Source: a virus
Strand: one strand, 5' to 3'
Virus record (IMG/VR): IMGVR_UViG_3300030104_006883
Location: 96,001-160,000 of that record
DNA length: 64,000 nucleotides
The position numbers were made by a program, and so were the translations under genes. Shown piece after piece: positions 1 through 10,058 of this stretch. Every line of letters begins with the position of its first letter. The first letter of the stretch is position 1. Below the pieces are notes generated by a model. That model was given only the letters and a program-made list of their open reading frames with translations, ran no database searches and was not told the origin of the DNA.

Positions 1-2
1 TA

Positions 3-953
3 AATGTTGATGTCACAAGCATTGATTTAGATGAATACAATCAGGTTGCATCTAAAATTGTAAAGTTTAACCAGACCGGCAAGGTTTTTTCTGAAAACTC
101 TGATAACAGCAAAAAAGCAACTGACTTGGTTATGAAAGAATTTTTTGGCAACTCTGGTGTTACAATTAAGACATCTGATAAAAACGCAAAGAAGACTTTT
201 AATATTATTGATGTTGACTCTACAACAAAGAAGTCTTTTTCAAATATCAAAAAGGACTTGTTAAAAAAGAAGAAAAGCAAGCAATCCTTGTTTATGTTCT
301 CTATCGCGGCGGATTCCTACTTAGATTATGACAACGACAGTATGGAGCTTTATAACATTAATAGCCCCAAATCTGCCATAAGTAAAAAGGGCTTTGCCCC
401 GGACAGTTCCCCGGAGCAGATTACAAAAGCAGTTCGGCTTTTACCAAACCAAGTAAAATCCTTAATGTTTAACGCCATTGAATCAAGTGTGGTTAAGAAA
501 AATAATTTAGGCAATGAGAACAATTCTCTAAACACTTCTAAAAACTTTGGTGCATATGCAATGTTATACAAAACCATGGTCATTATAGAATATTTGTCCG
601 GATATGAACTGGACGAAAACGGAAGTCCGGATTTGAAGAAAGAAGTCTGGCGAGCTTTAGATCTTGCTAAGCTGTCTGACACTACTGTTGAAAATACCCT
701 GTGTAGAATGACAAGATACGAGATACAGCAATTTAACATCAAAAAAATCAATTTGTTAGATCTTCCTATTTATGATGAGTACTTTAAAATTGTAAATGAA
801 AATTTTGACCAAGGACAGACAGGCGGAATTCAATCAATGTCCCCACAGCAGGAAGAGACAATAAGCGCAATTGAGGCGGCAATCAGCCCGACAAACAGCG
901 ATTTAATTGGTGGGAATGTTAGGGTGATGCCAGAGGACACGTTTACACTGTAG
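3..953 (+). CDS. Hypothetical virion/baseplate-region protein, 5' truncated
   Basis: The frame of ORF 126..953 is open back to position 3 with no stop, so the gene starts before the window. It lies upstream of structural genes. Confidence 0.6.
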   Translation, partial: NVDVTSIDLDEYNQVASKIVKFNQTGKVFSENSDNSKKATDLVMKEFFGNSGVTIKTSDKNAKKTFNIIDVDSTTKKSFSNIKKDLLKKKKSKQSLFMFSIAADSYLDYDNDSMELYNINSPKSAISKKGFAPDSSPEQITKAVRLLPNQVKSLMFNAIESSVVKKNNLGNENNSLNTSKNFGAYAMLYKTMVIIEYLSGYELDENGSPDLKKEVWRALDLAKLSDTTVENTLCRMTRYEIQQFNIKKINLLDLPIYDEYFKIVNENFDQGQTGGIQSMSPQQEETISAIEAAISPTNSDLIGGNVRVMPEDTFTL

Positions 954-963
954 GAATACATAA

Positions 964-3900
964 ATGAATTTATCAAGCATTGCTAAAAAAAATTGTTACT
1001 ATAGTTTAAACTGCGTTGGATCTGCAACTGTAGACGCATTTAAAATAGAATTTAAGTCCTACTACACTTCTCCAAGTCCTTTTGGAATTGCGACGGTTGA
1101 AGAAGTAGACCTGCCTCCTTTGGACGGGAACACGACACAGACTGACATGTCTAGCGGATACTCCGAAAAATTCCAACATGTGGACGCGGTGTACCTCGAC
1201 GATTCAGGCGCAGGCTCTTCGTATGAAACACCAACTTTAGATAAGAAAAAATCTTCTTACTGGGAGTTTTACGAATATGATCAGACGGTAGTTATAACGC
1301 CTGACAACAACATGGCAAAAGCTGGCGTGATAGAAACTTCTTTTGAAACTTTTGTTATTGCTTTAAGGACTAACTGGTTATCATTTGAAACTGTTGACGA
1401 TAATAAGGTGTTAGTTACTCCACAAGCACAAAAGCTAGATATATATTCTTTGCCTTACAGCTTGGCATCTCCAACTGGCTATAACATGAATATAGGTGGA
1501 CCTGAAGGTGCCGCTGAGGACCAAGCAGATATCGACCTTGAGACAATTGTAGCTGCTGCAACCGCCGGAACAACCGAAGGCTCAGCGTACGCGTTTAAAG
1601 CAGTAGGCAAGGACGAGGCTAGCTACATAGAGGACTTTTCTTTTGAATATGACACCCCCTATACTAAAGACGGCATCACTGCTTCTGGAATAGAAGGCAA
1701 AGCTCTCGACGCAGATGTCAAGTTCAGATACCATTACTATCTCAAAGATTACGAGGATGCGGTTAATAGGTTGTCGGATGTGTCAACTAGTATATCAGAA
1801 GTAGCTGGCTTAGGAATTGGATTAAAAACTAACGGCGATAGAGTAGAGTTTTTATTGCCAAGCCCTTATGAATATGAGTATGCAAATTTTGTTTTAGATA
1901 ATCCTTACTATGCGAATATTTCTTCTGGAAATGGCAATGAGCAGGTCAGCCCCCTAGTGGACACGACAAAGAATGTTTTAAACTCTATCGCTGTCTTTAA
2001 CGAACTATATGGGACGGACTACGTAGACTACACTAGTCTTGGAGGAAAGATATCTTTTGCTCTGATAAAGGACGGGGCTGTTGTTGACTACCTTAGAGAG
2101 TGGTCTAAGATTGCAAGATGGTACCAAGAAAAAGCAGCGCAATTTGAAAACAAACAAGTAGAATATGTAGGAGAGGGGGAAAATACGCAAGCACTAGTTT
2201 ATGAGCACTTTAGTGAAGTGGCAAAAAACAGAAACAGATTTCTGGCAGAAAGCGCCAAAATAGACACGGAAGATCCGGGCGGGCTAAAAATACCGGGAGT
2301 GCAAACTAACGTCCCCAGTGCCCCGGACGCTTTAAATTCCCTCTTAAATAATGCTACGTTTGACTATTTTAATTTTAATCATCCAGATATAGAGAAATAT
2401 TTCGGAGACCTAGACTTTACTCTTAGAAATTCTCTTAACATCGGACAAGAAAACTCTAAGGTACAAACTACGGCAGCAGCTTTTCCGATGAGCGTTGAAA
2501 TAAAATTTAAATATCCAATACTTACGCTATTTCACCCTCTAGCACAAAGGACAAAAGAGTGGCTCCCAAACAAAGTTAATACTGATTTGGGTTTTGGCGG
2601 CTCCTTAACTCTTGAAAAGCATGGGGGCCTCATGCAAAAAATCATGGCTATGAATTTAGCAGATCCGTTCATGCGCCATGTAGTTAGCGAAATAGACGTG
2701 CCTAGTGGTGGCCCGACCCCAATTAATGAAAAGATGGATGATCCGACCGTCCTATCGGCGATAGCTAGAACACCTAATTTTGCCAAACAAACAAAGATAC
2801 TACAAAAAGAACAATATGGCTATAGGACTGATTCTATAAAGCTACACTCTGCAAAGCTAGACACGATCGTAGAGAAAATGTTTACCTTTGCTTATTCGTC
2901 TGAGAACGAAGAAAATCCTATGGGTGGACTGAACACCATGAGAAGAACATCAAAAACGTTTTTTTCAGATAGAGCGGAGGATTTCTTTTTGCCGATGGAA
3001 CAGGAAAAGGCACTAGATTTGCTATTAACAGTTAGAGACCATAAAAAAACGTATGAAGACATAGGCGAAGACAAAGGAACAAGAAGAGACTTTAAAGATA
3101 TTCTAGAGGGAAAGAAGTGCTTTGTTGAAACGTTATTTTTTGGAATTGAAAAATATGAAGTCACGAGAGATGATAGAGGCAGACATGTTCCAATTAATAG
3201 AAGTAACTCTGTTCAAAGGTTTTTTGTCACACCTCCTCCTTTGGCCGGAAACGGAAATACAGACGAATACGTTAGATACGTTGACACACAAGTTAAGTAC
3301 GGAAAAAAATATGTGTATCAAACATTTGCATATGTTCTCGTATATGGAACAAAATATAGATGTAGCGAGATAGCGGAGACAGCAAGGGCCTCTAAGCTAG
3401 CGGTAGCTGTGTACGGAGATGAAGTAAATGCTCCGGTACCGGCATTTGAAGTAACATATCAAACTAGTCCGGCGTATAAAATTTTTAAAGTACCGTATCA
3501 TGGTATTGATTTTGAAGACAAAGGTGGAGTTTTCTTTCCTACAACGATAAAAAGTAATCCTCCAACAGCACCCTACATGAGCGTGGTCGGATACAGAGAC
3601 GTAAACGATAAGATTTTAATTAATATGCAGCCTAGCTCCGGCGATGTTCTACAGTTCCCAATATCAATAAAAGAGGACGAGAAGTTTTCTTACGAAATAG
3701 ATCCTGCCGATATATATTATGGCAATTCTCCATCGGGCATGGTTAGGTTCGCAGCAGACGATAGGATTGGCGGCTACAGGATTTATAGGTTAGACACGCC
3801 CCCTTCTAGCTACGAAGATTTCAAAGATGCAACAATTTTTGAAATAGATACGGACCAAGGTTCTAGCCTAAAAGATACAATAAGACCAAATGTTAGATAC

Positions 3901-4599
3901 TACTATACGGCAAAGTCGATTGATATACACGGCATGTATTCAAATCCTTGCCCTGTAATGTCTGTAGAAATAGTAGACGAAAAAGGATTGATATATTCGG
4001 TTATAGAAGAATACCAAATGAATATGAGTAACAAGAAGACTAGAACCAAAGCAGGAAGAAAAGCGGTTTACATCTCTCCAGACATAGACCAGATAAAGAT
4101 TAGCGCGAATACAGACCCAGAGAACCCAACGTTGGGAATCAAAAATAAATCAATCTTTGGCAAGAGATTTAAAGTAAGACTTACGTCTAAGAAGACTAAC
4201 AAGATGGTTGATTTTAATGTTCGATTTAATCAAGTAGATGAAAACAAGAAAACTTTAGAAAAAACTAATTTTACTACCAAAGAGTTTTTGCCAAAGCATA
4301 CTCTTTATTCTGTTTACGGAGATCTTTTGACCCCTGACTTTGATTTGGCTCTAGCGGTATCTGGGGCTGAGCTTGAAGAGCAGGTCGATACCAAGAGCGA
4401 GGAGACCAGCGGAGCGCCGGAAGGGATGGGTTTAGTAATAAAGAAGAAGGTAGTCCAAAAAAGCAAATATCCTGCAACTCCTCCAAAGACCAAACAAGAG
4501 GCCGAGGAAGGAACTGAGCAAAAGAAAAAGCCAACATATGCGGATAGCGAGAAAAACGAAGATAAAAAAGTTAACAATACGTATACAAGCGGTAGATGA
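964..4599 (+). CDS. Large putative virion structural protein (1211 aa) with an FN3/Ig-like C-terminal region
   Basis: Long ORF with SD-like AGGA upstream. YRIYR...PNVRYYYTAKSIDIHGMYSNP resembles a fibronectin-III strand pattern. The C-terminal tail is low-complexity K/E/T-rich. Confidence 0.55.
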   Translation: MNLSSIAKKNCYYSLNCVGSATVDAFKIEFKSYYTSPSPFGIATVEEVDLPPLDGNTTQTDMSSGYSEKFQHVDAVYLDDSGAGSSYETPTLDKKKSSYWEFYEYDQTVVITPDNNMAKAGVIETSFETFVIALRTNWLSFETVDDNKVLVTPQAQKLDIYSLPYSLASPTGYNMNIGGPEGAAEDQADIDLETIVAAATAGTTEGSAYAFKAVGKDEASYIEDFSFEYDTPYTKDGITASGIEGKALDADVKFRYHYYLKDYEDAVNRLSDVSTSISEVAGLGIGLKTNGDRVEFLLPSPYEYEYANFVLDNPYYANISSGNGNEQVSPLVDTTKNVLNSIAVFNELYGTDYVDYTSLGGKISFALIKDGAVVDYLREWSKIARWYQEKAAQFENKQVEYVGEGENTQALVYEHFSEVAKNRNRFLAESAKIDTEDPGGLKIPGVQTNVPSAPDALNSLLNNATFDYFNFNHPDIEKYFGDLDFTLRNSLNIGQENSKVQTTAAAFPMSVEIKFKYPILTLFHPLAQRTKEWLPNKVNTDLGFGGSLTLEKHGGLMQKIMAMNLADPFMRHVVSEIDVPSGGPTPINEKMDDPTVLSAIARTPNFAKQTKILQKEQYGYRTDSIKLHSAKLDTIVEKMFTFAYSSENEENPMGGLNTMRRTSKTFFSDRAEDFFLPMEQEKALDLLLTVRDHKKTYEDIGEDKGTRRDFKDILEGKKCFVETLFFGIEKYEVTRDDRGRHVPINRSNSVQRFFVTPPPLAGNGNTDEYVRYVDTQVKYGKKYVYQTFAYVLVYGTKYRCSEIAETARASKLAVAVYGDEVNAPVPAFEVTYQTSPAYKIFKVPYHGIDFEDKGGVFFPTTIKSNPPTAPYMSVVGYRDVNDKILINMQPSSGDVLQFPISIKEDEKFSYEIDPADIYYGNSPSGMVRFAADDRIGGYRIYRLDTPPSSYEDFKDATIFEIDTDQGSSLKDTIRPNVRYYYTAKSIDIHGMYSNPCPVMSVEIVDEKGLIYSVIEEYQMNMSNKKTRTKAGRKAVYISPDIDQIKISANTDPENPTLGIKNKSIFGKRFKVRLTSKKTNKMVDFNVRFNQVDENKKTLEKTNFTTKEFLPKHTLYSVYGDLLTPDFDLALAVSGAELEEQVDTKSEETSGAPEGMGLVIKKKVVQKSKYPATPPKTKQEAEEGTEQKKKPTYADSEKNEDKKVNNTYTSGR

Positions 4600-4672
4600 C
4601 AATAACTTTATTTTCAGACACATAGGGTATAAATTAAATTTAAATGCTAATTATTATGCAAGGAGACAATAG

Positions 4673-5614
4673 ATGGGATTCTTAGACAATTCAGGGGACA
4701 TTATTTTAGATGCTGTCCTAACCGATACAGGAAGGTTTAGAATCGCAAGAGGCGGTTTTAAAATTACTAAGTTTGCTTTAGGTGATGATGAAATTAATTA
4801 TCAACTTTATAGAAACTCAAACCACCCGGATGGGGCACACGCAAGCGGAAGCGCTTATTATGATCTACAAATCATGCAGACGCCTGTCCTTGAATCTTTT
4901 ACGAATAACACATCTTTAATGCACTCCAAGCTAGTCTCGTATCAGTCAAACGACTTATTTTATTTGCCAGTTACGAGACTGAACACCGTCGTACAGCCGA
5001 ACATTCCAAACGCAGCGCACATGGATTCACAAGGCTTCATTGTCGGTGTTGATGCCGCTACTCAAGATTCTATAGCTGATAAGTTTAGCAGTCTAGAGGG
5101 TGTCTTAAAAGGGGCAACGCCAGACGGCGCTAAGTTTATTAGGCTAGATCAAGGCCTTGATACTACTGAGCTACCAGCAACCACGGCGCTAGACATTGAT
5201 CTAAGAGAAGATCAATACCAAATTCAAATAGATAACAGGCTGGCGCAGCTAATCAGCCCAGACGGCAGCCTAGTGGCAACTCCATCTTTTATAGATGATG
5301 ATAATATAGCCAACTATTACTTGTCGGCGGGCACTGACACTTCATACGTCACTATAGCCAGTCCCAAGGCAACAGATTCTGGAACGCTTAATGATTTTGG
5401 AGTATCGGGTCCTCGCGGCACGGTGTTAAGATTTTCACTAAAGTCTTCGATCAATCTCAATACGTCAACATATCTTTATGACTTGATTGGTAATGCCACC
5501 AATTTGACTGTCGGCGGTCAGGAATATAGAGTAATCGATACTACGGTTAGAGTGATCGGAGTATCCACGGGCTATAGAATTGATATTCCAATCAAGCTCT
5601 TGAAAAAGGCATAA
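4673..5614 (+). CDS. Conserved virion (baseplate-associated) protein
   Basis: N-terminus MGFLDNSGDIILDAVLTDTGR...ITKFALGDDEINY is typical of a structural family in large T4-like environmental phages. AGGAG SD and late-type motif CTAATTA at 4647. Confidence 0.6.
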   Translation: MGFLDNSGDIILDAVLTDTGRFRIARGGFKITKFALGDDEINYQLYRNSNHPDGAHASGSAYYDLQIMQTPVLESFTNNTSLMHSKLVSYQSNDLFYLPVTRLNTVVQPNIPNAAHMDSQGFIVGVDAATQDSIADKFSSLEGVLKGATPDGAKFIRLDQGLDTTELPATTALDIDLREDQYQIQIDNRLAQLISPDGSLVATPSFIDDDNIANYYLSAGTDTSYVTIASPKATDSGTLNDFGVSGPRGTVLRFSLKSSINLNTSTYLYDLIGNATNLTVGGQEYRVIDTTVRVIGVSTGYRIDIPIKLLKKA

Positions 5615-5635
5615 ACAATAAAGTAGGAAACAACT

Positions 5636-6751
5636 ATGGGAACATCTTTTAAAAATATTACAGCGGACGACGTAACTACTACGAGAACGCTATTACATGA
5701 AAACATACCGCTCACTGGTACGCTGGTCTCCGGCACATACGGTATTAATGGCAGTCCAACAGCATTTCCAAATGAAGCAAATATTAAAAATTATTCTCAT
5801 GGCATGTTCCAGTCAGTGTACGATTACCCGTACTTAAGCTCTTCTGCGAATCACATTTTTGATATCACAATTGGGTACTCGTCGGGTTCGGCAATAGCGG
5901 CGTCTACTAACTCCCAGCATGAAAAGAAGCGTAATATTTATAACCAGATGGCACAAGTGCTTATGGGCAATGATGTAACTGGAGCTATCCAACTTTTCGA
6001 CGAAGACGGAGATATCACTGGGGGCGGAACAAAGCTCACAAGTTGTATTTTCTTAAACTTCTCCAGGTTGCTTACAAAAGATGAAATTAAAAAGGGTGAG
6101 ACAACGTTACAGTTCTTGACTGGTGGTCATCTTGTAACAGGTGCCTTGAGCGCCGGTAGTCTTAGAACTCTTGTAGATGCAAGCGCTAGTACAGACTACA
6201 GAATAAACTCCCCCGCAGGAGAGTATGGAATCTTATATGAGCAGCACACAACTAATCCATATGGATTGATTTACTATCAAGCAGGCATTGCAGTTTTAAC
6301 TTCTTCTGTGTTTAGCAATCTAAGCGCGTCAGCCGAAAGTGCTACTGCATACAATGCCTCGCAGGCGAGCACATCCCCTATTAACTCTGACTTAAATGCG
6401 GCAGTACTGCATGTAACGGGCGTGTTTACCGGATCTACCATTAGGCAGGCGGCAGATCAGATTAGACATAGAACTCATAATATATCGTTCAACAATACGA
6501 CAGAACTCAATTCTACAATTTATTTCTGTAGAGCGAATCATAATGAGTTTAACTATAGTTCTAACCCAACTTATCTGAGCGCTAGCAAGGTATTTGTTAA
6601 GGAAAATAATTTAGACGTTCCGGTGGCCTATGCCACTACTGTTGGCCTGTATTCGGCTGACAACGAATTGATGGCTGTCGCTAAGCTGTCCGAACCTCTT
6701 AAGAAGACTCCAAATAACGAGATAACGTTAAAAGTCCGCTTAGATTACTAA
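5636..6751 (+). CDS. Baseplate/tail-fibre attachment-like virion protein (paralogue 1)
   Basis: C-terminus TTVGLYSADNELMAVAKLSEPLKK...VRLDY resembles the fibre-collar-type motif (E-x-G-L-Y/F-D-x-x-G-x-L-I-A-V). Confidence 0.55.
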   Translation: MGTSFKNITADDVTTTRTLLHENIPLTGTLVSGTYGINGSPTAFPNEANIKNYSHGMFQSVYDYPYLSSSANHIFDITIGYSSGSAIAASTNSQHEKKRNIYNQMAQVLMGNDVTGAIQLFDEDGDITGGGTKLTSCIFLNFSRLLTKDEIKKGETTLQFLTGGHLVTGALSAGSLRTLVDASASTDYRINSPAGEYGILYEQHTTNPYGLIYYQAGIAVLTSSVFSNLSASAESATAYNASQASTSPINSDLNAAVLHVTGVFTGSTIRQAADQIRHRTHNISFNNTTELNSTIYFCRANHNEFNYSSNPTYLSASKVFVKENNLDVPVAYATTVGLYSADNELMAVAKLSEPLKKTPNNEITLKVRLDY

Positions 6752-6790
6752 ATTAGACACGAATACTATTTATATTAAAAGGATTCTGGT

Positions 6791-8128
6791 GTGTCTTATT
6801 ATAGGTTTGGAAAAGATGATCTGTTTTATTCAAGACTAAAAACGTTTCCTAAGAACGAATTTTGGATAACTGCAAGCAATATCTTCTTAAACAATGAGCA
6901 GAGGTTTAGAGGAAAGCTGTATCCCGGTGCGGAAGATTATGGAGGATTGTCAACTGGAAGTGGAGGCATTGTGCTTCACCTTGGTAATTCCGCAGACCTT
7001 AGCAGCGGGTCTATTAGTTTATATGAAATGAACGTTGACAGACCGTTTCTTAGCACAGTAACAGCCTCTGTCGTCAAGAGCGGCGAGCTTGAATCTTTTA
7101 AAACAGTCACCACTAGCTCTTTTAACGAATCAGAGTACGGAACGATTTTTTCTACGCAATACCCGCTTAGCTCAAGTATCTCGATCCAATTTGTTTCCGC
7201 CAGTAATGGACTGGCGATTGCGGACAATAATGCAACCTCCTCAACGGCAAATCCACCAGATACCAGGGGCTACAAGCAGCTAGCAGCAGTTAGCACAACT
7301 AGGCATGTAGATGCTCTACGAAATATTTTTGATAACTACACAACCCTTAGCCCGCACTATCAGTTTTCTAGTAGTAAAGGAAACGACACAGGCTGGGAAA
7401 AAGATAAGCAAGCGATGTCTTTTATTAACATCCCTTCTATATTCTACGGCTCATCAATAAACAAAGGGAGCGTGAGGCTGCGTTTTTATATCACCGGCAC
7501 ATTGCTGGGAGAACTAAAAGATGAAAAACAAAATGGAGAACTTATTCAAGTTGGCCCTAACGGAAGCGGTGGTTCTGGCAGCGTTGCTGGTCTTGTTTTA
7601 TATAATGAAGGAATAATTACTCTAACTGGTAGCTGGGATCCTTCTAACGGATCTGTTACGGGATCGTTCTTGGGCGCTGACGCAGATGACCGAGCCCCTG
7701 CATGGAAGTATTTTGGCCTCTTGGGGACAACAGGGTCTTCCGTAGCAACCGCTAGCTATCACATGGAGTTTGAGGGAGTCAACTATGTCCCCACAATGAC
7801 AATGCATGCACTAGCTCCAAGGGGTGAATTGAACCATTCGAATAATCCTACCTTTGTGAAATATAATTTTACATCGGGCAGTTTTAGCTCGGGCTCGGGG
7901 GTAACAACCGGAAGCGCGACTTTCATACAGAATCCAAACATAGAGTCGGTGGCTATTAATAGTAGTTCTTTTTCAAGCCATTCGGCTTCTTATGAGAGCA
8001 CAACGTATATATCCAGAATTGGCATATATGATGACTTTGATAATTTAATTGGAGTGGCCAAACTAGCAACCCCTATTCGTAAAAGAGAAAAGGACGAACT
8101 AACGTTCAGACTTAAATTAGATGTTTAA
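6791..8128 (+). CDS. Baseplate/tail-fibre attachment-like virion protein (paralogue 2)
   Basis: Shares the C-terminal domain with 5636..6751 (ISRIGIYDDFDNLIGVAKLATPIRK...LKLDV). GTG start; CTATTTA at 6766. Confidence 0.55.
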   Translation: MSYYRFGKDDLFYSRLKTFPKNEFWITASNIFLNNEQRFRGKLYPGAEDYGGLSTGSGGIVLHLGNSADLSSGSISLYEMNVDRPFLSTVTASVVKSGELESFKTVTTSSFNESEYGTIFSTQYPLSSSISIQFVSASNGLAIADNNATSSTANPPDTRGYKQLAAVSTTRHVDALRNIFDNYTTLSPHYQFSSSKGNDTGWEKDKQAMSFINIPSIFYGSSINKGSVRLRFYITGTLLGELKDEKQNGELIQVGPNGSGGSGSVAGLVLYNEGIITLTGSWDPSNGSVTGSFLGADADDRAPAWKYFGLLGTTGSSVATASYHMEFEGVNYVPTMTMHALAPRGELNHSNNPTFVKYNFTSGSFSSGSGVTTGSATFIQNPNIESVAINSSSFSSHSASYESTTYISRIGIYDDFDNLIGVAKLATPIRKREKDELTFRLKLDV

Positions 8129-8131
8129 TTG

Positions 8132-8140
8132 TGATATAGT
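8132..8140 (+). promoter_or_regulatory. Extended -10 promoter candidate (TGaTATAGT) for ruvC/primase
   Basis: TG-n-TATAGT just before ATG 8147; the -35 region is weak. Confidence 0.35.
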
Positions 8141-8146
8141 GTTTTA

Positions 8147-8680
8147 ATGATATTGGGGCTGGACATATCAACTAGTATTACGGGCGTTGCCTTACTAGAG
8201 AAAGACGGGGCGTATTTTTCAACTTTATCTTGGAATACAAAAAAGCCTAAAGATCTTTTTGAAAAAGCCAAAATTATACACAATTTAGCTTTAGAGTTAA
8301 AAGACGAATTGGGCGATACTAAAGTAGAGAAGATTTTTATAGAGCAATCCCTGATGTTCCTTAGCTCTGGTATGTCCTCGGCAGGCACCATTACAAAGTT
8401 AGCTAAGTTTAATGGAATGGTCTCCTGGCTGATATATGAAGTCTTTGGAGTTACGCCGGAGTTCATCGGTGTAACATCAGCCAGAAAGGCATGTGGAATT
8501 AAAGTTCCAAGAGGCAGGAAGGGCAAGGACTGTGTTATGGAATTTCTACTTGACACAGAGCCTCGCTTTCCGGTAGAGTACACTCGTCATGGGAATCCCA
8601 AGCCTGAAGCTTTTGATCGTGCTGATGCCTTGGTGATTGCAAAGGCCGGTTATACTCTATGTCGGACAGAAAAAAGCTAA
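8147..8680 (+). CDS. ruvC: RuvC-like Holliday junction resolvase
   Basis: ILGLDISTSITG (first catalytic D), IFIEQ (E), and C-terminal DRADALVIA (D..D). Confidence 0.85.
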   Translation: MILGLDISTSITGVALLEKDGAYFSTLSWNTKKPKDLFEKAKIIHNLALELKDELGDTKVEKIFIEQSLMFLSSGMSSAGTITKLAKFNGMVSWLIYEVFGVTPEFIGVTSARKACGIKVPRGRKGKDCVMEFLLDTEPRFPVEYTRHGNPKPEAFDRADALVIAKAGYTLCRTEKS

Positions 8681-9600
8681 AGATACTTGGTGATATATTA
8701 GGGTCGTTCTATCGATCTGGTGACGAGCTTTTATTTCATTGCCCTGCCTGTGACCACCACAAGAGGAAGTTGTCCGTAAACATAGACAAGGATGCTTTTA
8801 AATGCTGGATATGTGATTGGTCTGGACTAAGCGTTTATAGAGTAGTCAGAAAGTACGGAACGTATTCTCAAAAAAGTGAATGGAGATCCTTTGGCGACTT
8901 TGTTGATGTTAGCGATTTCTCAAGGGATTTGTTCAGCAAAGAAGAATCTTTAAAGATTCCGCAAATAGTAGATTTGCCTGTGCCCTTTAAGTCGCTAACG
9001 TCCTCTAAAAAATCGTATGCATGCAGACCAGCGCGTACCTATCTGAGCAGCAGAGGAGTAAGCCAAGAGGACATCCTTCATTGGAAAATAGGTTATTGTA
9101 GCGATGGAGAATACAAAAATAGGATTATTTTGCCTTCTTTCGATGAAGACGGGCACTGTAACTATTTCATTGCTAGAACGTACACACAAGACTATATGAA
9201 GTACAAGAACCCTCCAGCGAGCAAAGACATTATTTTTAATGAACTTTATCTTGAATGGGACGAAGAGTTGATGATTGTTGAAGGGGTCTTCGATGCAATA
9301 AAAGCAGGAAAGAATTCTGTTCCGATTATGGGATCAACATTGAGACAAGAGTCCAGGTTGTTCACAAAAATTGTAGAGAATGACACTCCGATATTGGTAG
9401 CCCTCGACCCGGACGCGGAAAAAAAATCCATGAGACTAATTAAAGATCTACTGGATTATGGTATAGAAGTTAGGAAGATGGATGTCTATCCATATCAAGA
9501 TATCGGAGAGATGCCCAAAGAGGAGCTAGATATCCGCAAGAAAAACGCGGAGTTTATCAACCCCTCTAACTATTTATTGAGGAAGATCCAAAATGTATAG
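8659..9600 (+). CDS. dnaG: DNA primase (Zn finger + TOPRIM), gp61/DnaG-like
   Basis: HCPACDH...FKCWIC zinc finger; IVEGVFDAI and ALDPDA TOPRIM motifs; RIILP...YFIAR. Confidence 0.9.
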   Translation: MSDRKKLKILGDILGSFYRSGDELLFHCPACDHHKRKLSVNIDKDAFKCWICDWSGLSVYRVVRKYGTYSQKSEWRSFGDFVDVSDFSRDLFSKEESLKIPQIVDLPVPFKSLTSSKKSYACRPARTYLSSRGVSQEDILHWKIGYCSDGEYKNRIILPSFDEDGHCNYFIARTYTQDYMKYKNPPASKDIIFNELYLEWDEELMIVEGVFDAIKAGKNSVPIMGSTLRQESRLFTKIVENDTPILVALDPDAEKKSMRLIKDLLDYGIEVRKMDVYPYQDIGEMPKEELDIRKKNAEFINPSNYLLRKIQNV

Positions 9601-9611
9601 GAGACCTCTCA

Positions 9612-9998
9612 ATGAAAATAACAAAATCAAAACTTAGACAAATCATTAAAGAGGAAATAGAAGAAGTGGTATTTGGAAGCAAGATAGGCTTTTCTTTTAA
9701 AAGCCCGCGCCCGCTAACGGACAGCGCTATATTTGGTGAAAAAGAAGAAGAGGTTAGCGAGTCGCTTTACTCGGGCACTGCGATGCCTGAAGATATAGAT
9801 GCAGTAAACGACGCTCTGTATCTGCTTGGCAACGTAGAGAGAACTTTGGAGAATGAAGAGGGCGCACCCGCCAGGAGAGCCCGCAAAGATGTCGCCTCCG
9901 CAGCAGACTTAATTCAGAAGGCCCTGGGGCACATGGAGCAGGGAGAGCTTCAATTTACTGCCATGCGCAGAGCAGCTTTACAGAAGTCGCGTAGCTAG
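9612..9998 (+). CDS. Small putative late/internal head protein (MKITKSKLRQIIKEE N-terminus)
   Basis: AGGAG SD, CTATTTA at 9570, and an N-terminal motif shared with other small ORFs in the window. Confidence 0.6.
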   Translation: MKITKSKLRQIIKEEIEEVVFGSKIGFSFKSPRPLTDSAIFGEKEEEVSESLYSGTAMPEDIDAVNDALYLLGNVERTLENEEGAPARRARKDVASAADLIQKALGHMEQGELQFTAMRRAALQKSRS

Positions 9999-10003
9999 TT
10001 TTC

Positions 10004-10032
10004 TTGACATTAGAACCTTGGTGCTGTATACT
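10004..10032 (+). promoter_or_regulatory. Sigma70-like promoter (TTGACA-17-TATACT)
   Basis: Consensus -35 at 10004-10009, 17-bp spacer, -10 at 10027-10032; GGAGG SD before ATG 10059. Confidence 0.8.
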
Positions 10033-10058
10033 CTAGCCAGCACAATCATGGAGGTTGT

